Below, piece by piece: positions 40,325 to 50,488 of a stretch of DNA of 64,000 nt (position 1 is the stretch's first letter; each line of letters starts with the position of its first letter). Source of the DNA: Candidatus Latescibacterota bacterium (GTDB taxonomy: Bacteria; Krumholzibacteriota; Krumholzibacteriia; WVZY01). The stretch spans positions 17,484-81,483 of the forward strand of contig CAWBQK010000005.1 of NCBI GenBank assembly GCA_963791045.1, given 5' to 3'. The position numbers and the translations under genes were made by a program. The notes under the pieces were generated by a model. The model worked only from the letters and a program-made list of their open reading frames with translations. It ran no database searches and was not told where the DNA came from.

Positions 40325-41377
40325 TTATAACGTGTTGTCCGGCATCGCCAACTGCAAAATCCTGGAGATCAGATCCGGAAACTCGACCCCCACCGCTTTG
40401 GCCGCTTTTGGAACGAGACTGTTCGACGTCATCCCGGGAAGCGTGTTGACTTCGAGAAAGCAGTGGTCGCCCTCGGGGGTCAGCCTGAAGTCGACGCGCG
40501 AGTACCCTTTGCATCCGAGTGCGTGGTAGGCGGCCCTGGCCGAGCGCGCGATTGCGTCGGCCACATGCTCGTCGAGCGGAGCCGGCACCAGGTATTCGCA
40601 GGCGCCCGATGTGTACTTGTTCGCGTAGTCGTAGAACCCGTCTTTCGGGCGGATTTCGAGGAGCGGAAGCTCCGCCCCATCGAGCATTGCCGCCGTGACT
40701 TCGGTTCCCTCGATAAATTCCTCGATAAGATAGCCGCCGCCGTACGACTTCGCCGCTTCAATCGCTTCGGCGAGCTGCTCCCTCGTGTGGACTATCGATA
40801 TTCCCACGCTGGAGCCTTCCTGGTTTGGCTTGACGACCGCGGGGAGCGAGGGCATCTCCATGACACGGCTCTCGATGTCATTGTGGTTGTCGTACGGAGG
40901 CTCGACAAAAAGCTGTTTCGCGATCGGCACGCCATCCCGCGCGACGATCCTCTTCGAGAGATCCTTGTTCATCGCGATCGCTGACGCGAGGGCGCCGCTT
41001 CCCGTGTACGGAATCCCCAGATAATCGAGCACCGCCTGGAACGTCCCGTCCTCACCGGCACCGCCGTGGAGACAGTTGAACACCAGGTCACACCCGAGAA
41101 GCTCGTACTCTTTGAGGTAGGTCAAAAAGTTCTGGCGGGCCTTGTACTTCTCCGCGCCGTGGCGCGGCGGGGCGTTTGTGATCTGCGCGTTTTCGAAAAA
41201 AGCCGCCGGGTCTTCCGTCGGCGGAACATCCGGATGGAGCGGGTCGGCAACAACCACCCGATGGCCGAGGCCTTTTATCGCCTCGAAGACACTCTTCCCG
41301 CTCTCGAGCGACACGTCCCTCTCGGCCGAGTCTCCGCCGACAATCAGCATCACGTTCAGTTTTTTTAGAATCTCCAT
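40325..41377 (-). CDS. ddl: D-alanine--D-alanine ligase
   Basis: GGDSAERDVSLESG; LHGGAGEDG; FYDYANKY; LEVNTLPGMT. Confidence 0.95.
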   Translation of the reverse strand: MEILKKLNVMLIVGGDSAERDVSLESGKSVFEAIKGLGHRVVVADPLHPDVPPTEDPAAFFENAQITNAPPRHGAEKYKARQNFLTYLKEYELLGCDLVFNCLHGGAGEDGTFQAVLDYLGIPYTGSGALASAIAMNKDLSKRIVARDGVPIAKQLFVEPPYDNHNDIESRVMEMPSLPAVVKPNQEGSSVGISIVHTREQLAEAIEAAKSYGGGYLIEEFIEGTEVTAAMLDGAELPLLEIRPKDGFYDYANKYTSGACEYLVPAPLDEHVADAIARSARAAYHALGCKGYSRVDFRLTPEGDHCFLEVNTLPGMTSNSLVPKAAKAVGVEFPDLISRILQLAMPDNTL

Positions 41378-41453
41378 CCTCGGGTGCTCCTCTTCGATCG
41401 TCTATCGTCCATGCTGTATAATGTATTAGGAGAATTAACTGCCGCCGTACGGA

Positions 41454-42011
41454 TCATTCTCGACTGATGCTCTGTCTCCATGTGCGTTTCTCTATTTGTC
41501 GTACGTCCGATGCTTCCGCAAGTGACGGGAGATACTTTGACAACGCTTCGAGTTCGATGTCATCCAGGCCGCCCGAATACGGGGCGATCCTTATCAGGTT
41601 ACCATAATTGCGCCTCAGAGCGCCCGCGTCATCATCAATCATCAGCACCCGGCCCAGATCGTATCCCTGGCGGGCGACCTTCCGTAAATCTTTAATATAT
41701 TCCAGTTCACGCGTCTCATGGTTATTGTGGGCCGTGCAGCGCTCGCGCGACCACACGAATTCGAGCGGATAATCCGCGCCGAAGATCTTCTCGACGATGC
41801 ACGCGACATAATCCGCGGTCGCCGAACTCCACACGGCGACGTCGAACAATTCTTGGATAACCTTGACGAAATCATAAACGCCCGGCCGGGTGTAAATCGA
41901 GTACGGCCCGCAGGTGAAGTCCGCGGTTCGCTCGAGCCCTTCTTCCGTGCCATAAATCAACGTCTCGTCGAGGTCGAGTATAAGAAGGATTCGCGGTATC
42001 GATTCCGTTAC
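41454..42011 (-). CDS. NIF/FCP1-like HAD-superfamily phosphatase (start uncertain)
   Basis: In-frame LLILDLDETL upstream of the ORF-track start; RPG, YIKDL, IDD motifs. Confidence 0.8.
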   Translation of the reverse strand, partial: VTESIPRILLILDLDETLIYGTEEGLERTADFTCGPYSIYTRPGVYDFVKVIQELFDVAVWSSATADYVACIVEKIFGADYPLEFVWSRERCTAHNNHETRELEYIKDLRKVARQGYDLGRVLMIDDDAGALRRNYGNLIRIAPYSGGLDDIELEALSKYLPSLAEASDVRQIEKRTWRQSISRE

Positions 42012-42459
42012 GAGTTCTCCAGGTCCGGGTTGCCGTCGATGAATTTTAGATTGAACTTAACGTGTCGATCTTCCACCGGCCACGCTCATACATAAAGCCG
42101 AAGTTGTAACTTCCAACAAATGTTCGAACGTTGCGACCCGTCTCATTCGGAAGATAGTGCGAAGCCCGCCCGTAACAGAACACCTTCGCTTTGGGGCTCT
42201 CGACGTCGATCAGAAAATTCCCCGACTGATGGTGCACAGCCTCGAGATGTTTGAGTCCTTCCTCCCACCCCGCGACGATTTCCTTTGCCGGAATTACTTT
42301 TGGTTCGTCGCCCGTCATCGACGACACATCAAAATGAACATTCTCCGCGAAGCATTCGAGAACCGTCGGCCAGTCACCCTTGTCGGTCCCGACAAACAGA
42401 CGGTTCACGACATCCTTGATGTCCGACTTCTTGATCAGTTCGGTGGTAATTGAATCCAT
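42008..42459 (-). CDS. SnoaL/NTF2-like protein (frameshift near 42058)
   Basis: DKGDW..CFAENV, HHQSGN, TFVGSY, RWKID; C-terminus KFNLKFIDGNPDLENS in another frame. Confidence 0.8.
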
Positions 42460-42543
42460 TCAGATTCTCTCCTTTTTGCGATTATTCGTCCGGCAACCGT
42501 TCCGCGCGTCTGTGTTGGGTGGTCTGGTTATCAAATCGCGAGA

Positions 42544-42981
42544 CTAACAGAAAGCGTCTTTTTTCTTGTCGTCGGATGCGTTCTGGTTGGCGCCCGACAG
42601 CTCTTCGAGTTCTCTTATTGTAGTGTCGAGTTTGGACAGGTCATGTTCAAGAAGGATCGGCATCATCTTCTGATAGATAGCCCAGTGCGGGCCCCGGGTC
42701 TTTGGGCTGAGAGCGATACAATCCCTGTACTTGTCCATATCGCCGCCCAGATGCCAGATTTCTTTGTCCCGCTGGCTGGTGTCACCTCGCGTGTCGGCGT
42801 TTTTTATTTTGAGGAGGCGATCAAGACAAACGAAACCCTTCGCCTTCAGATCGCAATAAGCTTTTCGTCGGCCGCTTAGAACGTTGGTCGTCTGGCCGAG
42901 CCCCCACGCGATCACGCCACCCGCTATCGTGCCGATTACTCCGATCCATGCTTCCACGTGTTGAGCGCTCCTTTTGTCCAT
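42544..42981 (-). CDS. hypothetical protein with N-terminal hydrophobic helix
   Basis: 145-aa ORF co-oriented with neighbours; no family recognised. Confidence 0.6.
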   Translation of the reverse strand: MDKRSAQHVEAWIGVIGTIAGGVIAWGLGQTTNVLSGRRKAYCDLKAKGFVCLDRLLKIKNADTRGDTSQRDKEIWHLGGDMDKYRDCIALSPKTRGPHWAIYQKMMPILLEHDLSKLDTTIRELEELSGANQNASDDKKKDAFC

Positions 42982-43024
42982 TGCGATTCTGCCGTGCCAA
43001 AGGGAATCGTCGCGTGGTTCAAAC

Positions 43025-43225
43025 TCATTCGTGCGGACCGGGCATCATGAACCAAAGAACCAGGTATACCAGGATCCCGGGAAACGCCGCGCTGAAGATT
43101 GAAAGGATCACGTATCCGATTCTCACTCGGGTTGGTTTCCATCCAAGGCGCTCCGCGATTCCCGCGCAGACACCCGCGATCATCTGATCTCTTGATCTCC
43201 GCCACTTTCCGTCGTCTGTTGTCAT
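43025..43225 (-). CDS. PspC domain protein
   Basis: RSRDQMIAGVCAGIAERLGW...YLVLWFMMP. Confidence 0.9.
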   Translation of the reverse strand: MTTDDGKWRRSRDQMIAGVCAGIAERLGWKPTRVRIGYVILSIFSAAFPGILVYLVLWFMMPGPHE

Positions 43226-43249
43226 GTCGTTACCTTTGTCGTCGATCGG

Positions 43250-43927
43250 TCAATTGTACCTTGTTCTGATAAACACATACCCACCGGTGCGGGCGCCCCA
43301 CACTTGCTCGTCTTTTTCGTCAAACCCGCGGTCCCAACTCACGATTCTATCGTACGTGACCATGACTTCCGATGTTGCGTAACTCGCGCCGCGGAGGGTG
43401 CTCTCGCAGTCGTTTCCTCTCGTGCCGCCGGAGAATGAGCCGTCCGGTTGCCTTTTCAAATAGACCGTGCAACCGTCTCTGAACATCAGTTGGGCGGGGG
43501 CGAGATCGGATAGGGCATCTTTGTTGCGACCTTCACCGACATAACGCGTCGGGTCGGGGATCGTGTAAACATCGCTCGAGTACACACTGTCCACGGGACC
43601 AGTGAGATGATAGACCCTCTGGCGGTACGGGCGGCCCAGTGAGTTCGCAGCCGCCTGTTCCACATAGATCCAGTACCCGTCGGCTCTGTCGCTCCAGATT
43701 CGGACCATTTCCAGGCGGATGTCGAAAAAGTTCGTGTCGGCATCGGCCTGTTGGGCGCTCGAGAACGTGCCCGTCATCCACTTGGCGAGGAGATCGATCT
43801 CCCCGGCCTGGGCCCGCGGGCTCCCAGCGAAACTCGTAATCAAAACCGCCGCGATGCCGGCGGCACAAAATAATCTTTTAAACAAAACTACTCTCCTCTT
43901 GCTCGTGAGTTCTCGTCGTCCGATCAT
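43250..43927 (-). CDS. CpcT/CpeT-family chromophore lyase-like secreted protein
   Basis: WMTGTFSSAQQA, YVEQA, PYRQRVY, SWDRGFD..QVWG; signal peptide. Confidence 0.85.
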   Translation of the reverse strand: MIGRRELTSKRRVVLFKRLFCAAGIAAVLITSFAGSPRAQAGEIDLLAKWMTGTFSSAQQADADTNFFDIRLEMVRIWSDRADGYWIYVEQAAANSLGRPYRQRVYHLTGPVDSVYSSDVYTIPDPTRYVGEGRNKDALSDLAPAQLMFRDGCTVYLKRQPDGSFSGGTRGNDCESTLRGASYATSEVMVTYDRIVSWDRGFDEKDEQVWGARTGGYVFIRTRYN

Positions 43928-45372
43928 CGTGTGTCGGCCAAGACCTCCAAAACCCCATCCTTCCCCTTCAGCTCCGCAATACCCGCCAGGTCCGGACCAT
44001 GCACGGAGCCGGTGAGCGCCGCACGCACGGGAAAAAAGAGCGCCTTGCCCTTCTGCCCCGTTTCCTTGCCGACTTGTTTGACGAGTGACTTGAAGAGCGC
44101 GCCGGTAAACTCCTCGGCCGAAGCGTTCAAAGCATCGGCGAGAGCCTTCAACACGGTGTGCGCTTCGGGTGTCGCGAGCACCTCGCGCGCTTCGTCGTCG
44201 ACAACGGGCGGCGAACGGAACGGCGCGGATTTCTCATCCAACTCGGCAAGCGTCTCAATCTTCTCGTGCAACAGGCCAAGGATTTTCAAACGCGCGGCAT
44301 TGTCATACGCCTCGCGGACATATTCCGGGAAGAACGGATCGGCCACGCCAAACAAATCGGCCACATCGGCGGCACGAATGTACTGCCCGTTCATCCATTT
44401 TAGTTTTTCACGATCGTAAACCGACGGGCTCTTGGACACCCGGTCCAACGAAAACGCCGCCGACAACTCACCCACACACAAAACTTCTTTCTCCTCGGGA
44501 TGCGACCACCCGAGCAGCGCCAGGTAGTTAATAACCGCACCGGGCAGATACCCGGTCGACCGAAGCTCACCGACGGAGCTCGCCCCATGGCGCTTGGACA
44601 ACTTCGACTTGTCCTCGGCATGTATCAACGAAAAATGCCCGAACCGGGGCAACTCAAACCCGCACGCCTTGTAGACCAACACCTGCCGTAACGTATTGGG
44701 CAAGTGTTCCTCCCCACGCAACACATGCGATATACGCATAAGATGGTCGTCTATGGCGGCCGCAAAGTTGTATGTGGGAATCCCGTTGGACCGCATGATG
44801 ACGAAGTCGCCCACCATGTTCGTCTCGAGACGAATATCCCCGCGAATCAAATCCGGAAACTGAACATCCCCCGGCGGAACCACAAACCGTACGACCTCGG
44901 GCGTCCCCTCCGCGCGCCGTGCGGCCACGTCCGAAACGGACAACGACCGGCACGTGCCGTCGTACTGCGGCGGCTTGCCCGCGGCCATAGCGGCCTCGCG
45001 TTTGGCAGTCAACACGTCGTCCGCACAAAAACACGGATACGCCTTACCCTCGTCAACAAGACGCGCGGTATGCTCACGATAGATATCGAGACGCTCGGAC
45101 TGCCGGTAGGGCTCGCACCCTCCACCAATCCCCGGTCCCTCATCCCAGTCCAGGCCGAGCCAGCGAAGGTCTTCAATCAAAGACGCTTCGCTCAGAGCGG
45201 TACTACGCTCGACATCGGTGTCTTCGATACGAAGAACAAAGGCACCGTTGTGGTGCCTTGCGTACAGCCAGTTGAAAATCGCGGTCCGCGCCCCACCCAC
45301 ATGGAGGTACCCGGTGGGGCTGGGAGCAAAACGAACGCGCACATCGGATCCGCTCATAAATCTCGCTTTCAT
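43924..45372 (-). CDS. gltX: glutamate--tRNA ligase
   Basis: RFAPSPTGYLHVGGARTA; LRIEDTD; KLSKR. Confidence 0.97.
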   Translation of the reverse strand: MKARFMSGSDVRVRFAPSPTGYLHVGGARTAIFNWLYARHHNGAFVLRIEDTDVERSTALSEASLIEDLRWLGLDWDEGPGIGGGCEPYRQSERLDIYREHTARLVDEGKAYPCFCADDVLTAKREAAMAAGKPPQYDGTCRSLSVSDVAARRAEGTPEVVRFVVPPGDVQFPDLIRGDIRLETNMVGDFVIMRSNGIPTYNFAAAIDDHLMRISHVLRGEEHLPNTLRQVLVYKACGFELPRFGHFSLIHAEDKSKLSKRHGASSVGELRSTGYLPGAVINYLALLGWSHPEEKEVLCVGELSAAFSLDRVSKSPSVYDREKLKWMNGQYIRAADVADLFGVADPFFPEYVREAYDNAARLKILGLLHEKIETLAELDEKSAPFRSPPVVDDEAREVLATPEAHTVLKALADALNASAEEFTGALFKSLVKQVGKETGQKGKALFFPVRAALTGSVHGPDLAGIAELKGKDGVLEVLADTR

Positions 45373-45397
45373 GGTTGTGATCGGTGCAGAGTATGGA

Positions 45398-45883
45398 TCA
45401 CTGGTTCTTTGTCACAACGGTCGCCACGGCCTGGGCGGCGACAACCTCGCCGCGGCCGACGGCTCCAAATCCTTCCCATGTGGTCGCCTTGACGCACACC
45501 TGGTCGGGTTCGAGTCCAAGGTGCGCGGCCATGATAATCTGCATTTCTTTTTTTCTATCTCCGAGACGGACGGCGTCACTCATAACGACACAGTCGATGT
45601 TGCCGATCGAATATCCATTCGCATGGACCATGTCGCGGACGATGGACAGAAACTTTTCCCCGGCCATTCCCTTGTACGCGTCATCGGACGGCGGAAAGTG
45701 GTCGCCGATATCGCCGAGACCAACCGCGCCGAGAAGTGCGTCGCATATGGCGTGGCTCACGACGTCGGCGTCGGAGTGTCCGTCGAGCCCGCGCGGCGCA
45801 TCGTCAAAACGAACGCAGCCGAGCCAGAGTTCGCGGCCTTCGACGAGCGGATGAACATCCCAACCAATACCCGTCCTGTACAT
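45398..45883 (-). CDS. ispF: 2-C-methyl-D-erythritol 2,4-cyclodiphosphate synthase
   Basis: GIGWDVH; GHSDADV.HA.CDALLGA; DIGDHFP. Confidence 0.95.
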   Translation of the reverse strand: MYRTGIGWDVHPLVEGRELWLGCVRFDDAPRGLDGHSDADVVSHAICDALLGAVGLGDIGDHFPPSDDAYKGMAGEKFLSIVRDMVHANGYSIGNIDCVVMSDAVRLGDRKKEMQIIMAAHLGLEPDQVCVKATTWEGFGAVGRGEVVAAQAVATVVTKNQ

Positions 45884-45935
45884 GTCGATCTCCTTTTATA
45901 CGGCGTCCGCTAGAACCCAACGCGCCACAAGAAAC

Positions 45936-46629
45936 TCACCATCTCTGTTTGCTCAAGATCGCTTCGGCGATTACCGTGTCCTCTATGTAAGTAATCTTAA
46001 TGTTCGTTCCCTCTCCGGGGATCGTCCGCACCTCTTCGCCCAAAGCCAGAACGAGCGACCCGTCGTCACTCACCACAGCTCCGCGCTCGAGAGCATCCGC
46101 GTGCGCCCGCACGATGAGTTTCCGATGAAAACCCTGCGGCGTCTGCACGCCCGCCACCCGCGACCGGTCGATCACCACTTTGACACGATCGCCATCGCCC
46201 ACACGCACCAGCGTATCAACAGAAGGCACAACCGGGATGACGGCCGAGTGTGATTTCAACATGTCGAGTGTTCGATCGATAAGGAGCGGAGTCAAACACG
46301 GTCGCGCCGCGTCATGGATAAGAACGATCTCCACCGACGACGACAGGGACTCGAGCCCGAGACGGACCGACTCCTGGCGCGTCTCGCCCCCGGCTACAAC
46401 GGAGACCTCTCCCGGCACGCCATACTGGTCGAACGTAGACGCAACCTGGGATTCCTCTCCCGGCGTCACGACGACCACGACCGAGTCGACACGCGAATGA
46501 ATGACAAAACGCTCGACCGTCCACACAATCATGGGACGATCGAGAAGCGGGTAGAATTTTTTGGGGGTCTTTGCTCTCGAACCGTTCACCGGTTCCCGCG
46601 GCCATTATGAGGGCGGACGTTTTTGACAT
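45936..46629 (-). CDS. ispD: 2-C-methyl-D-erythritol 4-phosphate cytidylyltransferase (frameshift near 46585)
   Basis: AAGTGERF + GGETRQESV, HDAARP, QTPQGF, NIKIT. Confidence 0.93.
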
Positions 46630-46712
46630 AGTATTTGCAGCAGCTCAAGGCGGTTCAGGGCGGCGTCACACAACAGCGCCGCACGGCGGCGACAACGCGT
46701 CGGCACGGCACA

Positions 46713-48061
46713 CTAGTCGCGCGCCAACCTCTCGAAACGCGTGTACTCCCTTACAAACGCGAGCTTGACGGTCCCCGTGGGTCCATTTCGCTGTTTGGCG
46801 ATGATGACTTCGGCGATTCCCGCGTTCTCGGAGTCTTCTCCTTCATAGAAGTCGGGCCGGTAAAGCATGAGAACCGTATCAGCATCCTGCTCGATGGCGC
46901 CACTCTCACGAAGGTCGGAAAGCATCGGGCGGCGGTCGCCGCCGCGCGATTCGACGGCGCGCGATAGCTGTGACAGAACGAGTACCGGAATGTCGAGCTC
47001 CTTGGCGAGCCCCTTCAAGTTCCGCGATATAGTTGAGATTTGCTGCTGGCGGCTTTCGACAAAATCGCGGCTCGTGATGAGCTGAAGGTAGTCGATGACG
47101 ATGCACCCGATATTGGCCTCGGCCTTCAGCCGACGCGCCTTCGCGCGAAGCTCCATCATGGAGAGCCCCGCCGTATCATCGATATAGAGCGGCGCTTCAG
47201 CTCAGATACCCGGCGACCATAGCAAGCTCGGCAAATTCCGAGTGTTTGATGTGGCCCATGCGTAGCCGGTGCGAATCAACCCGCGCCTCGCTGCAGAGCA
47301 AGCGCATCACAAGCTGCTCCGAGGACATTTCGAGACTGAACACACCGACCGGAACTTTGTCTTTGATCGCCAGGTTCTGAGCGACGTTCAGCGCAAAACT
47401 CGTCTTCCCCATCGACGGACGGCCCGCGATGATCACCATCTCCGCCTTCTGAAAACCTGATGTGTACGCGTCGAGTTCATCAAACGGGGACGCGAGTCCC
47501 GACACCCCACCGCGCTCGGAGAGTTCCTCGAGATTGCCGAACTTGTCTTTTATGATCTTGCCGATCGGCTCGAATCCTTTTCGGATTCCGCGTTCAGACA
47601 CCTCAAAGATCAACCGCTCCGCCTCGTCGAGAACCGCGCGCGCATCCTCGCCTGCCAAGGAGCGCCTCGGTCGAGATCTCACCCGAGATCGTCACGAGCC
47701 GCCTGAGAAGATACTTGTCGAACACCACGCGCGCGTAGTGTTCCACGTTGGCCGATGTGTAAACGTTGTCCGTGATCTCTGTCAGATACGTCGCCCCGCC
47801 CATCTTCTCGAACTCGCCCATTCGCTTGAGCTCTTCTGAGAGCGTGAGGACGTCGACCGCCTCACCCTTCTGGCTCAGTTTTTCCATCGCCTCGAAAATC
47901 TTGCGATGCGCATGCTTGTAGAACGAGTCTTCGCTGAGATGCTCGGTAACAATCGAGTACGCCTGGTTGTCTATGAGGACGGAGCCCAGTACCGCCATCT
48001 CCGCCTCGAGCGAATGCGGAGGTATCTTGTCTCTGCCTTGTGTTGGTCTCGAATCGGCCAC
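46713..48061 (-). CDS. dnaB: replicative DNA helicase (two frameshifts)
   Basis: PPHSLEAE; GRPSMGKT; IDYLQL; DLRESGAIEQDAD. Confidence 0.96.
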
Positions 48062-48143
48062 GCAAAAACTCCCTTGGTGTCACCTCACCACACGTCACAC
48101 ATAAAACAGCGGCGGCACAACAGCACGCGGCGCCGCAAAAGAA

Positions 48144-48866
48144 CTAGTCGTCGGAAATAATTTCCCTGAGTTTTTTGAAATCATCCCACGCGCCGCGTTT
48201 AAAATTCGGGTTGCGAAGGAGCGCCGCGGGGTGATACGTCACCAGCACCGGTGTGCCGTGGTACGAATTGTCGGCATTGCGAAGCGCTCCGAGCGGCTCG
48301 TTAGTCTGGAGAAGCCAATGCGCCGACACGCGCCCCAGCGCGCAGATGATCCGCGGCTTGATAATGGCAATCTGATCGATGAGGTACTTCTCGCAGCACC
48401 GCACTTCGGGCTCCTGGGGATCGCGGTTGTTGGGCGGCCGGCACTTGACGATGTTCGTGATGTAAACGTCGTCGCGGGTGAGATCGATCGCCGCTATCAT
48501 CTTGGTCAAGAGCTGCCCCGACCGGCCGACAAACGGCACACCCTGGAGATCTTCTTCGCGTCCCGGCCCCTCACCGATAAACATGACGCGCGTGTTCGGA
48601 TCGCCCTTCCCAAAAACAGTCTTTGTCCGTCCCTCGTGCAGCCCGCACTCGGTGCACTTGCTCACAACGGCTTCGAGTTCTTTCAACTGGTCTGCAACGG
48701 CGGCCTTGGGCACGTCGGTCTCCTTCAGAGATATCTCAATGGGTTCGTCGGCGGCAAGACTCGTCCTCCGGTATATAGCGTTTATACCTTTTTGTTCGAG
48801 GCGTTTTAAGTACGAAATCAGCTCGGGGCGGATTTCCTGTGGACAATTGTGGAGAGTCTTCTTCAT
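48144..48866 (-). CDS. uracil-DNA glycosylase family 4 (Fe-S)
   Basis: CTECGL; GEGPG; PFVG; KCRPPNNRDP; YHPAALLR. Confidence 0.92.
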   Translation of the reverse strand: MKKTLHNCPQEIRPELISYLKRLEQKGINAIYRRTSLAADEPIEISLKETDVPKAAVADQLKELEAVVSKCTECGLHEGRTKTVFGKGDPNTRVMFIGEGPGREEDLQGVPFVGRSGQLLTKMIAAIDLTRDDVYITNIVKCRPPNNRDPQEPEVRCCEKYLIDQIAIIKPRIICALGRVSAHWLLQTNEPLGALRNADNSYHGTPVLVTYHPAALLRNPNFKRGAWDDFKKLREIISDD

Positions 48867-48869
48867 CTA

Positions 48870-50087
48870 TCAGAGGATCTTCTGGAATGCCTTTTCCTTA
48901 CGGGCCGTTTCAAGAATGATGTCGGCGATCTCGTGCTTGCTCTTCAAACCAGTCGAGAGCACCTCGCCACCGTCGTTATAGACCGTTACCGCGTTGGTTT
49001 CATGGTCGAAAGCCGCCCCGGGCTCGAGCGGGTTATTGACCACCATAAGATCGCAGTTTTTCTTCACACGCTTCTCTTGCGAGTTCTCCTCGATGTTCTC
49101 CGTCTCGAGCGCAAAGCCGATGATGAACTGGTTCTGCTTCACCTTACCCAGCGATTCGAGAATATCTTCGGTTTTCGAGAGCGTAAGCGTCCACTCGTCG
49201 CCCTTCTTCTTGTTTTCCATGGGCGTGTCGAGTTTGAAATCCGATACCGCCGCGGCCATGATGAGCAAGTCGCAGTCGTCGAAACGCTCCTTCAACGCGG
49301 CCGACATCTCCGCCGCGGTCCGGACCCGCACCACGCGCGTCCCCACGGGGGGCGGCACGGCCACACGCGCCACGACAACCGTTACGTCCGCGCCGTGGTT
49401 CCTCGCGGCCTCCGCAAGCGCGAACCCCATCTTGCCCGACGAGCGGTTCGAGATGACGCGCACCGGATCGAGGTCTTCCTCGGTGCCCCCGGCGCTCACA
49501 AGAACGCGGAGACGGGCGAACGCGGAGCTGCAAACTGATTTCACAAAGGCGAGAATATCATCAGGCTCGGCCATCCGGCCCTCGGACTCGTACCCGCACG
49601 CAAGCTCTCCGCTGCCCGGCGGAACCACGCGGTAGCCGCGCGCGGAGAGAGACTGCATATTCATCTGTGTTGCGTCGTTTCGCCACATGATGTCGTTCAT
49701 CGCGGGCGCGAGCACAACCGGGCCGTCGTAAGCGGAAACCACAGTGCTCAAGAGATCGTCCGCCGCACCGCCGGCAAGCTTTGCGATTGTGTTTGCCGTC
49801 AGGGGCGCGATCACGACCAGGTGGGGCCACTTGGCGAGATCGATGTGCTCGACGGGTGACACCGTTCCCGGTTTACCGCCGGTGTCGAACAGTCTGATGT
49901 GAACTGTGTTTTCGGAAAGCGACTCGAAGGTAAGCGGCGCAACAAACTCACACGCCGCCTCGGTCATGATGACCTTGACCTCCGCGCCCTCGGCGCGAAG
50001 AAGTCTCAGGAGAAACACGGACTTGTATACAGCGATGCCCCCGGTGACACCGAGAAGAATCTTTTTGCCCGTGAGCTCTCCCATCAT
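48870..50087 (-). CDS. coaBC: phosphopantothenoylcysteine decarboxylase/ligase
   Basis: GVTGGIAVYK; APAMN; LACG; DPVRVISNRSSGKMG. Confidence 0.97.
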   Translation of the reverse strand: MMGELTGKKILLGVTGGIAVYKSVFLLRLLRAEGAEVKVIMTEAACEFVAPLTFESLSENTVHIRLFDTGGKPGTVSPVEHIDLAKWPHLVVIAPLTANTIAKLAGGAADDLLSTVVSAYDGPVVLAPAMNDIMWRNDATQMNMQSLSARGYRVVPPGSGELACGYESEGRMAEPDDILAFVKSVCSSAFARLRVLVSAGGTEEDLDPVRVISNRSSGKMGFALAEAARNHGADVTVVVARVAVPPPVGTRVVRVRTAAEMSAALKERFDDCDLLIMAAAVSDFKLDTPMENKKKGDEWTLTLSKTEDILESLGKVKQNQFIIGFALETENIEENSQEKRVKKNCDLMVVNNPLEPGAAFDHETNAVTVYNDGGEVLSTGLKSKHEIADIILETARKEKAFQKIL

Positions 50088-50170
50088 CTGTCCTCTTCCC
50101 CGGGATCAAGCAGCGATTGGTTACGGAAGAAATGTGCCGGAAGCCAGGGGGCTCCGGTCGGGAGCGGTTG

Positions 50171-50410
50171 TTATTCTTCGTCCTTGAACGCCGCCTCGTG
50201 GGTTTCTTCGTCGATGAACTTGTATTTGACCTTCGCGTCCATCATGCGGTAGAGCGCCATCACTGTGGGTTTCTCATCGACATCCCCTTGTCCGCCACGA
50301 ATAAGAACCGAGTTGATCCGCCGCGCTTCTTTGGCGACGACCCTTATGGCCTCATATTTGTTAGCGGTTACTTTGGTCAGCTTGTCGATCAGAATGACTT
50401 CTTTCATCAT
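50171..50410 (-). CDS. rpoZ: RNA polymerase subunit omega
   Basis: NKYEAIRVVAKEARRI; KPTVMAL; located between gmk and coaBC. Confidence 0.85.
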   Translation of the reverse strand: MMKEVILIDKLTKVTANKYEAIRVVAKEARRINSVLIRGGQGDVDEKPTVMALYRMMDAKVKYKFIDEETHEAAFKDEE

Positions 50411-50488
50411 CGGACTTTTCTCCCAATCTGTTGGACTCGCGGTGAGGACGATGGATTCGTTACGTGCAATTTGTTCGGCTTCGCTGTT

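Noticed and set aside
42535-42600. Integron attC site after the orphan gene (GCCAAC…GTTAG)
   Set aside because: Too short, no internal complementarity, no integrase or second site seen
42980-43002. sigma54 promoter TTGGCACGGCAGAATCGC
   Set aside because: -12 GC is mis-spaced and directly abuts a start codon
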